DNA of 64,000 nucleotides from Perkinsus olseni (Eukaryota): NCBI GenBank assembly GCA_013115125.1, contig JABANN010000002.1, positions 124,001 to 188,000 of the forward strand, read 5' to 3'. Shown piece by piece: positions 25,664 to 39,569 of this stretch (position 1 is its first letter; each line of letters starts with the position of its first letter). The notes under the pieces were generated by a model. It saw only the letters and a program-made list of their open reading frames with translations, ran no database searches and was not told where the DNA came from. The position numbers and the translations under genes were made by a program.

Positions 25664-28600
25664 ATGGCAACAGATACCCACCACTATCGAGGGGCGAACT
25701 ACCTTCGTCAAAGACTCATCCTCAGCACTCTTACCAGGAGGCCCGTCCGAGTCACCGAAATCCGAACCCAAGCCGAGAACCCCGGTCTGCAAGATTTCGA
25801 AGCGAATCTTTTGCGGCTGCTGGATACCATAACAAACGGTACCAACATCACCGTCAGCGAGACCGGAACGAGCCTTTACTTTTCCCCTGGGGAATTGGTG
25901 GGTGGTGAGGTGACACACGACTGCAACCCTAGCCGGCCGATTTCGTATTATTTGGAAGTGCTGCTGTGCTTGGCACCGTTCTGCAAGTTCCCGGTGAAGG
26001 CGAGGCTGAGAGGAATCACGCACAGCGAAGGATTCCCTAGCATTGATACTATTCGTACCGTAACTTTGCCAACTCTTGCGAAGTTGGGAGTGAATAATGA
26101 CAATTTGGCATCGACTGCGCAAGGTAGTACTCGGGGGAAGGTGTCCTTTCTCGCAAGAGAATTTTTGTTGTTTTCTCGCCGGTAAAGTGAAGCTTGGAGT
26201 GAGGGAATAAATTTTAATTCGTCAATACCAAATTTTCCGAACTTCATGATTTGTCCCTCCGCCCGGTCGGGTTTTCGCGGGCAGCCAGACACCGAGGTCT
26301 AGCGCTCGCGAGAAAATTGCCCGCATAGAGAATCGGGCTACATATTAGTAAACCTTGCTGTTAGCTTCATAACGCTGTGCTGTGCCGGACGCTCGATATC
26401 AACCGGTATGGAAGTCCTCTGGGAGAGATCCTAACAACTTTCCGATCACCAGCAAACTACTTCGTCAGCAGGCCTATCAGATCGATTGCATTGGTTGTTT
26501 GTAAATAGATCATTGAAATTTAAAGATAGGAATTGTGTTGAAATATTTTATAGATTGCGTGAATCCCAAGCGCCCATTCCGCGATCAGGATTTTCCTGCG
26601 GTTAAAAACAGAGATGGTGTCTTTCTTTTTGTCAGGTAGCTTGCACATAGTTCAGCCGCCATTGGCCTTGAAGGTTGAGTCCCGGGGGGATCCTGCCGCA
26701 CCGGGAATAGTATCTTTCACTTGTCCCATCGTCAAAAGTAATATACAGACATTTGAGGCGGTATGAGGGAAAGGAATCTTTGGTGAGGTATCCCGCCCGT
26801 GGAGCTCCTTAAGGAGGGAAGAATCAGGAGGGTTAGAGGTGTTGCATGGACGAGCAAGGTGATGTAGCTAGAGGTGTCAGAAAAGCCGGACTGGTGGTTG
26901 TGTAGGTGTCCCCGCAGTACGCTCCGATGATGATCGATTCGTGTCGTGCCGTGTTGAATCCGTACCTGGCTGATGTATGGGTGTTCACGGACGCGGCGAA
27001 GAAGCTGCCAAAGGAGGCTCGGGGAGGATACGGCATCAGCCTGGTGGCAGAGACGGAGACCGGGACACTTATAAGTGCTGATGGAATGTCTGAGTAATAG
27101 AGTGGCATGTTGGTCGAGAGGTAGCGCGCGTGGCTCTCCACCGAGAGGTCGCCGGTTCTTTTCCGGCAGTTGAAATGATTGACTTCCTTTTGCTTGCGTA
27201 ATAGCCTTCTTGATGACAGTTCCGAAACATCAGTTTAAACTCCATTGTTCTCTCTGCATCAAGGCCCCTTCGCCTTGAATGAAAGTGTATCAGCAATGGT
27301 ATAAATATCTTAGCAGTGCCCGGTAGCAAGTCTGTTTGAGCATAAGGATGCCCGAACAAATAATTGCGGAGCGAGCGAAGCGAGCGGAGCATATACTGTC
27401 ACTTCTGCGCTTTTTTGTGCGTTCGTTCGTTCGTTCGTTCGTTCGTTCAAATTATTTCTCCACGACTATGTCGATTCGACTCGCGAGACACATACCATTC
27501 GAAAGCTCGCGGTTTGTGTATTCTATAAAAAATACGAAATCGCTCTCATCCATGTTCTACAAAGCAAAGCCGTCGTGGACCGTTGTAGATGAACCCAAAA
27601 AAATACGGCAAAAAGCCCGGGCTGGGGTTCGAACCCGAGACTTCGTGCCGAGCTCCGCTTTTTTCGTTACGAAGGCCTAGTATAGTATATGTTTGAATAC
27701 TGCGTGCTCTCGTAATACACCGCATTACTTGTACACCAGGAAACAGCGTCTGAGATGAGGTTGGAGTCGTCTTGAGGCGTCATTTCGTGCCCTTCTATCA
27801 CCCTTGCTGCTAAGGCGTTACTAATCAATACCTGGGAGAAGTGCAAAGTTACTCCGCCCATACCGCAATAGATCTCTTTGTTTTCAGGGCCGAGGCCAGC
27901 ACATCTTCCCACGCCGTAACTGAGCCCGGTCAGCTCGGAGAGGAAGTAGCGCGCGCCCTGCTGGGTGAAGTGGATTGTGGCGGAGTGGTCGACCGACAGC
28001 ATCAATGGCTAGCGGCCCTATTCATGAGCATGGCGGCCGATCATAAGGTTATAACGGGGAATCTTAGGTCGACCCGGGGCTTTCACAAGTTTGCCTGATC
28101 ATAGGCCGCAGTGGTAGCGCAAGATTCTTCTATAGTTGTATGCTGATACTCACCTAATAGAATCGGGGGAAAGCGATGCTTCGGCTCGGAGATACCAAAT
28201 TTGACGTGGAAAATTTTAGCGAATCGCTTAGTTCTTCTAATAGAGCAGATTATCGGAAAGCGACCGGGCCGCGTGTCAGCTGCATCGATCGCTATTATCT
28301 TTGTTGACGTTCAGCTAGTTTAGGCGACCCTCGTGAAGTCCACCACCCTGCTCACACCGCGCCTCAGATTAATTCTATCGAAGTACTCGCGTAGTGTAGG
28401 TTTCTGCGGTCGTTACGTCGCTTAAACTCGTTGAGGGTTGAAGGTCACATCAAACTGGGTTCGTTATTCTTATCCTTTTTCCAGGTTTCTACTGTTGTAT
28501 TCGGCCAGGAGCTCACACCCTACACGATTGCCATGCTCCGGAACATACGGGACTTCATGGGTGTGGTGTTCAAGTTCAACTCGCAACAAGTGGAAGAGGA

Positions 28601-28709
28601 GGTCGTGCTGGATGAGGAGAGTGACGAGAAGGAGATGGCGCTGAGTCGGTCGGTGCGGCTAAGATGTGTCGGGGCGGGCCTGAAGAACGTGACGAGGCGG
28701 ACGTTCTGA
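25664..28709 (+). CDS. RCL1: RNA 3'-terminal phosphate cyclase-like protein (18S rRNA processing), multi-exon
   Basis: YRGANYLRQRLILSTL..PVRVTEIR..PGLQDFEANLLRLLDTITNGT, YYLEVLLCLAPFCK, GYGISLVAET, LRNIRDFMGVVFKF, CVGAGLKN. Confidence 0.93.
26398..26450 (+). repeat. short dispersed repeat in an RCL1 intron, shared with ~57748-57800
   Basis: aaccggtatggaagtc...agagat.ctaacaactttc present at both loci. Confidence 0.7.
27361..27668 (+). mobile_element. DINE-1/HINE-like non-autonomous element in an RCL1 intron, containing an antisense tRNA 3'-half
   Basis: 5' gcggagcgagcgaagcgagcggagc, internal (CGTT)n microsatellite ~27420-27447, 3' gctccgc (inverted relative to 5' gcggagc) followed by T-run; homolog at 17095-17245. 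Confidence 0.6.
27610..27643 (-). other. tRNA 3'-half-like element plus T-run inside the intronic element
   Basis: Minus strand reads aagtc tcggg ttcgaac cccag cccgggc ttttt. Confidence 0.7.
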
Positions 28710-31700
28710 GAACACGAGCACTACGTCAATTCCTTACCAACAACGTCTCTATCAGCTCCGAGAGTTTGGTTGTAGTGATCTGCTGTTCTAGTTTCGTGTC
28801 CTGGTCTCTAGAGTACGTCATACGCGATATCAACGTGAAAGAGGCACTGTTATAGGGGCGGAAGTGGTAAATTTTCAATCCGTTTATTCAGCTAGCTTTG
28901 GTACAATGAAAATATAATGGCTGGTCCTGCGAAGTCCAGTCACTGGACTCCAGTGCCCCGGTGGACTGCGCCGCCTGTCCTTGAGGCAGCCGTAGGGTCT
29001 GCTACTCGACACCTCGTGGCAAGTGTGATGAAAATTTAGTAATTCATCAGCGTAGACGGTGAGTTTTTGCTGTTGTGGTCATGCACTGCACGGTGGCAAC
29101 CATTGAGATGAGGATGGGGCGGGTGCTCCTTCCGTGTAACCCGTACGGGTCTTTCCATCCTCCGCCCTTGACTGACGGAATGAGCCTGCCCTGCGAAGAA
29201 GCATCAACCCTGGTGATGAGATCTGATCAGGGTGTGAATGAGGTTGGGGAAATGTGGTAGTAAAGTTGGGCAGATTAGAACGCTCTTCTGTTTACCAGGC
29301 GGAGGTATACATAATCCAGGCTTTTCCCGGAAATCAGAGAAATCAAATTTTACACGTTCAAGAGTGACTCGCCCGGTAGGACTTTCAAAACTCTTTCTTT
29401 ATTGCTGATGGAGTGATTCGTTGGTATGAAAATCCAGCACACAATTTCTGTCCCCATGCGGACGCTCGGAGTGGCTCTAGCAGAAGATTCCAGCGCAGTT
29501 TCCCCTCTATCTCCCTCTTCCCATTATGAACTCGGTCTTTCTCCAGTATTTCCCCTGCGCACGCAAGAGTAGCACCAGAGGGAGGTGTGAGGTACTTGTT
29601 TCCCACAGGCGAGTTTTTCGCCGCCCTCGGGAAGTAAAAGACAAAGGCAAAGCTCGATGTCTTTGTGTGCTGCTAGCGGCAGGAGACCTCGTGTTTATCT
29701 TTTTCAGAAACACACGAAAGTATGTGATTGAGGTGTCCCCCCCTCGCAGGTCCCTGCATACCATAACTTTCGTAAATTATGGTCAAGGATCCACTAGTGG
29801 ACTCGGCTATTCTCTCCTTGAGAAAATTCGTGCGCAGAAGACAGCAGAAGTTACCGAGTCGGGGAGCCTACATCGGTTAGGTACGGTCAGCGGTACGGCG
29901 AAGATGTGACACGCACAAGTGAGGCCACTATGCCTTCTTCAGAAACCCTCCCCTGAGTTTTGAGGGCGCTTTGAGGATTAGATTCAACATCACTGGAACT
30001 GTGGGGGGAAACTACTCACCGCAGGAAGATTTAATTAACTCATGATGAGAAGTGAGTAATACCACAATTTGGTTAATTCGTTATTTATAAATATTTGATA
30101 GTTGTCGCGTTAATTTTTCGTAGTTTATCATGGAGGATGATGGTAGTATAATAATTATAATTTTTTCACTCGTTCGTGGATCGTGAGTTTTACACGTATC
30201 ATCATCATCATCGTGAGTAATCGGGTCAGCGTTGAAGGAGTGGTCGAAGGAGTCGGAAATTCCGACTCGGAATGGCTCAATCCTAGAATCCGAATGTATC
30301 TGTAGTCAGTATTTGCACTTTTTTCCGTACCCTATTTACTATGGGTTGGCTAAGTAATATCCTCCAGTGGTGCTGCGGCCCGGATGAGCGATCGAAGGAA
30401 GAAGCGTTGGAGTTGGATATCGACAGAGACGAGGAGGCTGCTGTTGTGGCTGATGAGGTGATTTCCTCGGGCAGTAGAATTGCTTTTTTGGGCGCTTGAT
30501 GAGAGGGGGGTAGCTTTTCGTGGACCTTCTGGGAGGACGTATTTTTCTCGTCCCTGGCTAGCACTTAAGAAAATAGTGAGTCTTGTGCATACGGAAAATT
30601 GACAGAAAAATTTTGATCGTTTTTCTCTGAGCGGGCTGCTAGGCATGGTCCACTTGCTCTTCAGCGAATCAATTCCGTCAAATAGGGTTGATAAACCTTC
30701 CGAGTGTGAGTCGTACGATCTACGATCTTAGACATGTATAATTTTGGTTCAGCATAAAAAGAATTCTAACTACCGCACCGCCTACCCGATACCATCCCTT
30801 CCCGAATTCACTGGTCACCCCTCGTTGTGTTTGGGGTCCGATAGACCCCGACTCTCCCTTGGCAGGGCTACTATCGAATAGGATTGGCAGCTGTCTTGGG
30901 GAGATGAAGTTCGATAGCCTAGTGACTGCGTACCATGCGACCTACTAATGTCGTGAAAGATACTAGATTTTGTGAACTGGCGTATCTTTGAGGTGGTTGT
31001 GGATGGTCGTCAATGGCTGTATTTACTCGTGGCCAGTGGTGCTGGTGATGAGAATTTTTTTCGTGGAAATTTTACCGAAAATTCCAGATAAAATTTTTGG
31101 GCTCGTCTGGAACTATTTTAACGCCTAAAAATTGATGATGGATTTTCTCTGTAGTTTTCCCCTCTCTCGATCCAGAGCTCTACTGGAAGTGATGATGAAG
31201 ACAAGGAGGTTGACCGCGCGCCACGAAATTCACAGGAGTATCAACAGCCTGGTAGTCCCTCTACGGCCGCTTCAAGTAAACAGCAAAAAGTGGTCACTCA
31301 TGGTAATGACGGATGCAGCCTGACGAGGAGGTGGGTCAGTGTCACTTGCTATCTTGCATTTCCTTAACGGTCCTGTCGGTTTTGATTTGTGTTCTTTCAG
31401 ACCTACAAGATTCACGACTTCGGAGTCGGAGCTCCGCAAAAGGTTGGCGGTTTCACATTCCTAACCGTTCTTTAGTATTATAAGTTACTCGTAGTAAAGG
31501 TATCTTTCGGTTACCTATGCAAGATACAAAATAGGTCAAGATTTGTATATGAGAGCGTCAGCTGGCGGGGTCCCTGGTGCTCTCCTTACGACTGATGTTC
31601 GTTCTAGCTGTCCACTGTGTCCATAAGATTATCTGATACTATCCAGCTTCGTTGAGTTGTTGTTCTGAATCGACGCGCGAAGGGATAATTTGTGGAGGAT

Positions 31701-31929
31701 AGGTGTCAACCAGCACGTCTAATGCGTATCTTCTGAAAGCCTTCGCCAACTTTATCGAGTTGTTACAGCTCTTGTGAGGTCTCAAGGATCTTCGGTGAGG
31801 CTGCGGACAGTATTGCTCGACAGACAGTTATGTTAGACGTTATTAAGGCCCAGTTGTGCACGGAAGTCTGAGGGTGCATACCACTCCTTCATCAACTCCC
31901 ATCCCCTTCAGTATCAATCTTCGAATGCC

Positions 31930-34900
31930 ATGGGCCGCTCCCTCTTTCTGGCGACAAAATTACGGTATCCATCGCGCGCACGTTACTTCACAACCACAAC
32001 AGCAGCGTCGCCATTGAAGCGTTTAGAAGCTGCTTCAAGGGGCCACAGCATAGATGATGTTCAGGCGGAATACGTCTTCGAGCAGGCAGCTCTGGCGAGT
32101 CGAGTCCGGGACGTCCTGCTGAGTCGGCTGCCCAGGTGGTTGACAGAACCTCTGGTGTCGGTGGAGGAGGGGAGGTATCTTTATGATGATGGTGACGCTG
32201 GTGGTGACACGGACGCTGACGTGATTTTCGAGAAATTGTGGAAACGGTTGCCAGCGGCAATTGACCGGCCGGAGTACATACCACTCCTTTCGTATGAAAC
32301 TGTTCGAGCGGTACTTGGAAGGGCGGTGGAGTGGTTCGAGAGAAATCCGTCAGAAGCATTGGTTGACGTGAAGATTCCTCGGAATTTTGGGAAAGTTACG
32401 GTATGTGGTGACACGCATGGACAGCTCCAGGACGTCTTGTGGTTGATTTTCGAGAACGGGGCACCGAGTGAGAGCCACACTTATGTCATCAACGGCGACG
32501 TCTGCGACCGAGGGATGTTTTCGGTGGAAATCTGGACGCTATTTTTAGCATACAAATTGAAGTTTCCGAGCAGCGTGGTCTTGCTAAGGGGAAATCATGA
32601 GAATCCTTATTGTAATGAGAGGCCACGGCAGATCTTCGGAGGAGGGTTCGCGATAGAGTGTCGAGAGAAGTACCCCGATCGACCTGATATTTATGCGAAC
32701 TTGTTTAAGCCGTTATTTAGGGAGCTGCCAGTTTTCGCGGTTGTTGACGCGAAAATCTTTGTAGTGCATGGGGGTATCTTTCGGGATGGGAAGGTGCGGT
32801 TGGAGGATCTACGAAAGGCGAATCATAGACAATTTTTGGAACCGGCAAGTGGGAGCAAGATGAGCAAGATTTCGGGCGAGGAGAGCGGCAGTGAGGAGGT
32901 CGAGACTCCTGGTAAGGGGATTGCCATACCACATTTTCACCAAATTTCGTCAGATGATTGGACCTGGGATTATCGCGTCCTGTTCGATGCGCAGTGGGCG
33001 GATCCTCATGGAGGAAATGGCATAATACGGGGCTCGAGAGGTTATAGTGGGGATTGTAGCATAAAATTTTGGAGTTGCGAGATAGGCTAGGCAAGGGTCG
33101 GGCGATGACAATCAAACAGAATCTGTAGACGGACTTACGAGGGGAAAAAGATTAGAAAAAAGACGATGGGAAAAGATGAGTGGTGCTCTACTCTAGCGAT
33201 GATACCCTGGAGCAATCGTGTGCGACTCAACAAATGCTGGTGATTATCAGTTCATAACGAGCAGCGTGCGTATGGATGATGGCTTGACAGTGGCATGGTG
33301 GATTGTTTGATCCGTTCCGGATCGAGTGGTATCAGTCAGCCCTCTCGCGTGGATCCGCGTCCCTGTTTCAGGCCCGGTGACAATCCGATGGGGGAGGGAT
33401 GTCACCGAGGAGTTCCTAGCGACTAACCGTCTTCAAATGATCGTACGGAGCCATCAGTGTATGTCGAGAAGAGGCTTTGGATTCGACCATAACCGCCGAG
33501 TGTTGACTATTTTCTCGGCGAGTAACTACCAGAAGAATCGGAACAAAGGGGCGGTGGCGATTTTGAGACAAGATGAGGGAGGGAGGGCTGGAGGGGCGGC
33601 ACCACTGGATGTAATAAAGCGGGTAAACGGAACGTTCGAGGCTACTCGTGAGTGAGGAGAAATACATCAGCCTTTTGATCTTTCGTCTGGCGATTTGCTG
33701 GTGTGGAGAGGGAAGTGATAATCTCGGCCAACGATGGTTTCCTTGATCGGGTTCGCGGGGCGGTGGGTCTTCTTATCTGTGTTTTACTGAATTGGCTTGA
33801 TGCATCGCAGCTGATGATAGAATCCTCCCACGTGCGTGCAGCAGTAAGCAGACATTCTGATCGACGCTCCGCCGGTGGCTCGAATCATATATCGTGTAAC
33901 TTGTAAGTCCCTTGACATGTTTGTTATTGGCAAGTAGTATTCACTTGCTGCGTCTTTTGACATGAACAGCTTCACAAGTAAGGGAGTGTGATTGACCCTC
34001 TTGGCTCAGTGACTGAGTGGATGAACAGCGCGGTTTTCCGTAGGTGGACCTGTTGGAATACAGGCCCCCAGATGTGAAGACGCTAGCTCATCTTGGTTCA
34101 ATGACAAGAGCTGCTTCGAGGCGGACGGATGGGGAGGACAGCGGATCGGAGACGACTACTGATGAGAAGCCTGCCAAGGATGGAGGTACTATTTACGGCG
34201 GTTTTGTAGGTGGTGGCTTATAGCGTGGACGCTATGAAAGTTGTGGGTAGTGGTGGTATCTTATCTTGACTCATGCATTTCATGAGTGATAAGATGCCAA
34301 TATCAGTAGATGATTTGACCCAGTGGAATGGTTAAACGCCCAAGTATCAATAACCTCCTTTAAAAATTATCAAAATTTGCAATTTTTCTGCTACTGAAAT
34401 TCTAACTGTGGAGGTGGTGGAGATTAGGTTTGCGTGACGGGGGTAGTAGGAGCAAGATCTGTCTAATTGTTTTTTGTCCCCATCGGGTTTGCGTCAGGGC
34501 CGAGTGATCGAAGGTTCAACTTCAGCGACATCGACCTGCATATCTTTCGTCCTCCCGACTCCTCTACGATGGAGCTTGCCACGCATCTTTTGGCGGCCCG
34601 CAAGCATGTAGAGGATATTCTCGCGCGCCCGGAAATATCTTTGAGGTGGCTTCGGTTCAGGATATCATCGAGTATGCTATCCCTGTATTATCGGCGTTGA
34701 ACGACCCGAGCGAGGAAGAGACAGCGCAGGCGTGGACTCGGATTTTGGCGACTGTTGTTACGGACGGGGTAGTCAGGAGGGTGGGGAATTTTATGCTACT
34801 CTTCCGGCGTTAACCGTTTTTACAGAATAGTGCTGGTCGTTATTACCTTTGCGATTCCTGAGTGTGGAGAAATTTGCGAAGAATTGATCGCGGTAGAGGG

Positions 34901-36760
34901 AGCACCTGAGTTCATCAGCATTGCAGCAGTCTGTAAGGAGCAAGTCGTTTCATTAGGGAGCTGGTGAAGGATCAGTTTCACATTTATCGCAATGTCCTTC
35001 CGTTGGGATATCAACTCGACACGGATGATATCCGCATCATGTAGAGAGATAGTCGCGATGTATTAACAGAGAGACCGCAGCTCAGCCCACTTAGTGCAAC
35101 AGAAGAACGGGGAACTAATTGTGCGAAATGTGGTATTGCGGCGTTATTCGAGATTGCCATTCGTATGCCTGTGGAGACAGCCCTACCCGTCAGTTGGACT
35201 GGGCGCATCTGATCAAGTCCGGCACGCTGCTATTGGATGATCATGACGGTGTGTTGTTGGGCCGAGTGACGGTTCACGTGATGCATCCCCATAATGGGAA
35301 GCTTCTGCTATATAGACGGGTTTGGAAGAGGATCAAGGTAGGCTTTGTTGGGTGGTGGTGGTGGTGGATGCCCGGTAGACTCCCGGTAGAGGGATTGACG
35401 TAAGTTGATCGCGGGAGGGAACGGCGACCTCTCTGGGTGGTGGTCTTTCGTCTGCATCATACGGTCTCGTCGGGCGCGTCTTGAATCCCGCGTTTAACTT
35501 GTGTCACTTCCTCTACTCGTGGCACGAGTCGCGTGCATAGCGGTAACACTCATCATGCTAGTGTAGCTGTTTCACGATCGGTCGTTGGTTCGGTTTCTGA
35601 CTTTGTGGCGCGGAGCTTTTGAAGGGTGTTAGTGGCGGTACGGTATGAACGCTTGATAACAGTACGCTGGATCGGCGCCCAAGATATATCTTCGTGCTCA
35701 GTCGGCCAGCCTGTCAGCGGCAGAGGTGACTCGTTTGATACCGGAGGCCCTCCGCGGCCATGGGGTCTTGACTGCCCCGATCCTACAGCTCATGATGAGA
35801 CAGATGAGGCTGTGCGTGAATATGCAGCAGGTGAGTGGGAGGCGAGGTTTGCTGGGTCGGTATGACACACTCCAGTCGATGTGTTGTAGCCGAAAAGACG
35901 GTATTAATTTCTTAAATTTAATTGCGGGGTTTGATTCCGGAATCTGGCTAGGAACTGTAAGTTGTTATGGACTCAATACGCGGGCAATTTCTCGCAATAT
36001 CCCGTGATTGTTGAAGCATAGTGTTGTGGAAAAGGTGGTATCAATTTGTTGTTATTCTCAGGCTCGGCGATTGGCTCATCAGTTCCTGTTAGTGAAGGAC
36101 GACGATGGTAACGTCCAGTTGCGGCGCGACTCCGACGGGGAAGGTAGGCGGGCAGAATTCTTCATCTTGCTTGCAAAATCGATTTTTGCTCGCGATTTCG
36201 CTTTTCGGACACTCCCCTCCCATTTTTCATTGTGGGCGTGCATTGCCTGGTAGACGGCTTTGGTATTGAGAAAGAATTACAGCTTGAAATTGAAGTGAGT
36301 TTCTTTTCACGTTTGCCGACCTGCAGGTCCCTATCCAGTCAGCCGTGGTTTGAGGGACGTTTTGGAGTCAGTGCTACCCGGCTCTCCAGATCTTGACGAA
36401 GTTCTCGTCCGAGGCGGTCACGAGCCGGGCGAGCGCGCTTGCTACAGACTGCATGAGAAAATGTATGGCTTACGTATTTTATGCTACTATCGTGACCGCT
36501 TTAGAATTTCCCAATTCGCCCACGACATGGCGGAAACGATTTTGCTGTTCCTGTGTGGCAATCGCCTGGCGATATGCGGGGCGTGCAAATTAGCTGACCA
36601 TCAACAAACCGGCCTTCTGGACCGAGATCTATTCAAGGTTGGAGAGGTGACGGTACTTTGATTGATACGGGGAGTTGTAGGCGTGCTTGCGAGCTGTCTC
36701 ACAAGAGACTGCCTCTTATGGAGGATGGCAGACATCACGGACCGAGGCTCAGCAGCATGT
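31930..36760 (+). CDS. PPP-family Ser/Thr protein phosphatase, PPEF/PP7-like; multi-exon, 3' end uncertain
   Basis: GDTHGQ, GDVCDRG, RGNHE, VHGG, RSHQ, TIFSASNY; a downstream exon has an EF-hand-like ADHQQTGLLDRDLF. Confidence 0.85.
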
Positions 36761-39476
36761 GAGGGGCTCATGCGTCACTCTTGGTGGGACTTATTGGTGA
36801 TGGGCGAAGAGGAGGCGAAAGCTGATTATTGAGTTCAGAGGGTATGAGCGAACCAAAGAAAATTACCGGCGAGTGACAACGCGTAGCTCATAGCTCGTCC
36901 GATCTTCGCGCTGAATTGGTGGGTGAATGCCGTTCGGTTGATGGGAACGATAAGAATGGTTGGTTGAACCAACTTGGTTCTCCTGTCCTATCGGGAGCTG
37001 TCCTCCGTCGAAGGTACGCCTCGGCCATGGGCAGCCTAACATGCCATTATCCGAGACCTGGCTCACAGTAGCTACCAACTGGGCAGCGCAAGATTCGGCT
37101 CCAACACAGAGCGGAGCGAAGGTGAGCTCGATTCAGGGGCCTCACGGTGCACAGTCTATGTGCTCGTCTTGTGAAGGGCTCGATGACGAACCCTTCTACC
37201 TGGCCGGATCGTACGACCATCATGGTCGTAGAGGTATTAAGCTTCGCGCGCGTGATAATTGTTGGCGTCCCTGAAAAGGGATGATCCGCCGCGATGAGCC
37301 GTTGCTACCATCCTAGGCTAGTTGTTACGAGCACTCAGAATCCATGCTTAATTCTGGGTGAAGGCGCTCAGTTCTCAGAAAGCGCGTCCCGTTTTCTCTG
37401 CGCTCAGCGTGGTTAGCTGAAAAGCAAAAAATCGCGAAGAGTGGGCATTTGTTGCTGACTGTCGCCACAGCTAAGTTGGTAGTTGTACTAGAAGCTTCTC
37501 TGGAAGGTACGTTGGCGGTCGCTTCTGGATAATCTAGAAGCGACGCTGCTGGAGGACGGCCCACAGAAGATCCCAGTGGCGCGACCACCGGGGATCATTT
37601 GGAGATGAATATCCTTTAATCTTGTCCCTTATATGATTGGTCAATAGTTGGCTTCAGTCGGCAAACTCCTTATAAGTCATGCTAGTCTAACACGACTGTT
37701 TTTGGGTTAGAACACGTAACAGGCTGCGTTGAGAAATCGCAAGATTGATCAAGAGCACCAAGATGGCGAAAGCGTGAATGAGTCGGAGTGGATTGTGTGC
37801 ACGCTTTTAGTTAAATTGTTTATCAAATGTCATCTGCCCATCGTGAGGCGGCTAACGGCGCAGGTGAGAGTGATTCGGAGCTGCTCGACTCCTGGGCTGG
37901 AAGCGCCACGTTTGATGATGATCCGACCGAGTCTCGCCGAGAAAGACCATCACCTCCGCAATCTCCTGCCACATCGCGAGTTTCGGTAGGCTCACCTCAG
38001 GAGATCTCTTTGCTTGAACGCCCTCTGCATTGCGCAGAGAGACCAATTGTACGGCGAAAACAGCGGGAGATCAGGAGTTTTTTTTCAGGCCCTGTTCTCG
38101 GCTGGAAAGCGAGCTATGTCGAGTGGGATAAGCGCAACAGGTGCTCTGATTCGAGGGCTATCAGAATCCTTGCCGGAAGCACTAGCAGGACCTGAACCAG
38201 CATCGCCTGAGGTGAGGCTAACTACAGTCGCGGCCGTACTGCGTTCACCCTACTCGTAATTCAACATATCTTTGTAGCGAAATTCAAGTTGAGTGGCGCG
38301 CTGCTGATGAATCAAATTGATTCAATCACTCATTTTCATCCTCGTATCGGTTCGTACTCGCAGAGTACTGGTATCCTGTTAACTGTTAGCCGCTATTTTG
38401 TCGAGGCTTTCAGGTAGAAACGATCCTCCTTCATTTGCGGCAACTGTTGGCCGAGTTGTTATTGGACATGTCGGGCTCAGCTGATGCATCCTCGGTGACC
38501 GTTGGAATTCTGTCTGATACTCGGGTTAAAAAGTACGTTGGACCGTGGGGGGCATGGGGAATATGTCATTCAATTTGGGTTGATTCTACAGCTGTACTGA
38601 TGTTATCAAATCTCTCACACTGTTATGATAACAGTGTTATCCTAGGTGACTTGAACGTGTAACGCCGTCTTCAGTTATTCTCTCTCTGTGCATACACGTT
38701 TCGATTCCAAGGCCGTGTTGTCAACGCGCATGAATGACGACCAAGATTCCCTCCCTCTCATATGCCTAACAACGTCGGTCGAGCCTGAATGCATCGTAAA
38801 AGTGGCGTGTCTTCTGAGTGATGTGTCACTGGAAGGTGATCACAGAAAGAGTGCGGGTTCAATTCCATGAATTTGAGAGCTACTGCTTCCTGAATCATAG
38901 GGAGATGAATGAGCCGACGCTGAGGACGAGCAGCTGTCTCAACCATAGTGACATGCAAGTTGTGAGTATCAACTTGTAACTGCGTCACAGTGACTTGGGA
39001 GTCCGACGTTGGCTGTTCATTAGAGGGTATCGCATTTGTGCTGCGAAAGATACTCATGGAGTGGAAGCTGTGGCAAGCGGCATCACTGCATCAGGGGAGC
39101 CGCTGCCTTCTAGGAGTGACGGAGCCGGCTGGCTGGACTTCCTGTGGCTTACCCCGGGCCCATCACATCCTTGCTCCAAGGCCAACTGAACAAATGGCCT
39201 TTGTGGGACGCACGGCTTGGGTTGACCAGCGTACAGTGGCGCTCAATGTCGAGCCAGGACCGCCAAGCAGCATTGGACTTCAAGAATGGTTCCCATTCTT
39301 GTACGGGATCGAGAGCTGCTTGCAATCCAGCAGTGCTGGACCAGCACGGTACTCTTCTGCTTCTCCTGCTTGCTTCTGTCACTCAAGATCATCCAATGGG
39401 GAGTTGACGGTACAGCAGGCGGCGAAAACCAAGTATCACCAGGTTGGAGGTTCCATTACGGTTCCGTAGTACGAAA

Positions 39477-39551
39477 TCCGTACACCGATAGGTCATTCAG
39501 TATTGTCATCGCGGTTCCGTACGCCGATAGGTCATTCAGTATTGTCATCGC
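39477..39551 (+). repeat. 39-bp period direct duplication
   Basis: tccgtac(a/g)ccgataggtcattcagtattgtcatcgc occurs twice. Confidence 0.9.
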
Positions 39552-39569
39552 AGGATGTTTCCTGTCGTG

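Noticed and set aside
28093-28130. Possible tRNA 5' half (ggccgcagtggtagcgc) in an RCL1 intron
   Set aside because: Imperfect A-box, no convincing stems and no complementarity to any 3' half seen
34082-34101. Spliced-leader-like relic (tagctcatcttggttcaa); also cgtagccatct at ~1814
   Set aside because: The first lies in an open coding exon and needs an indel plus a mismatch; the second is only 11 nt
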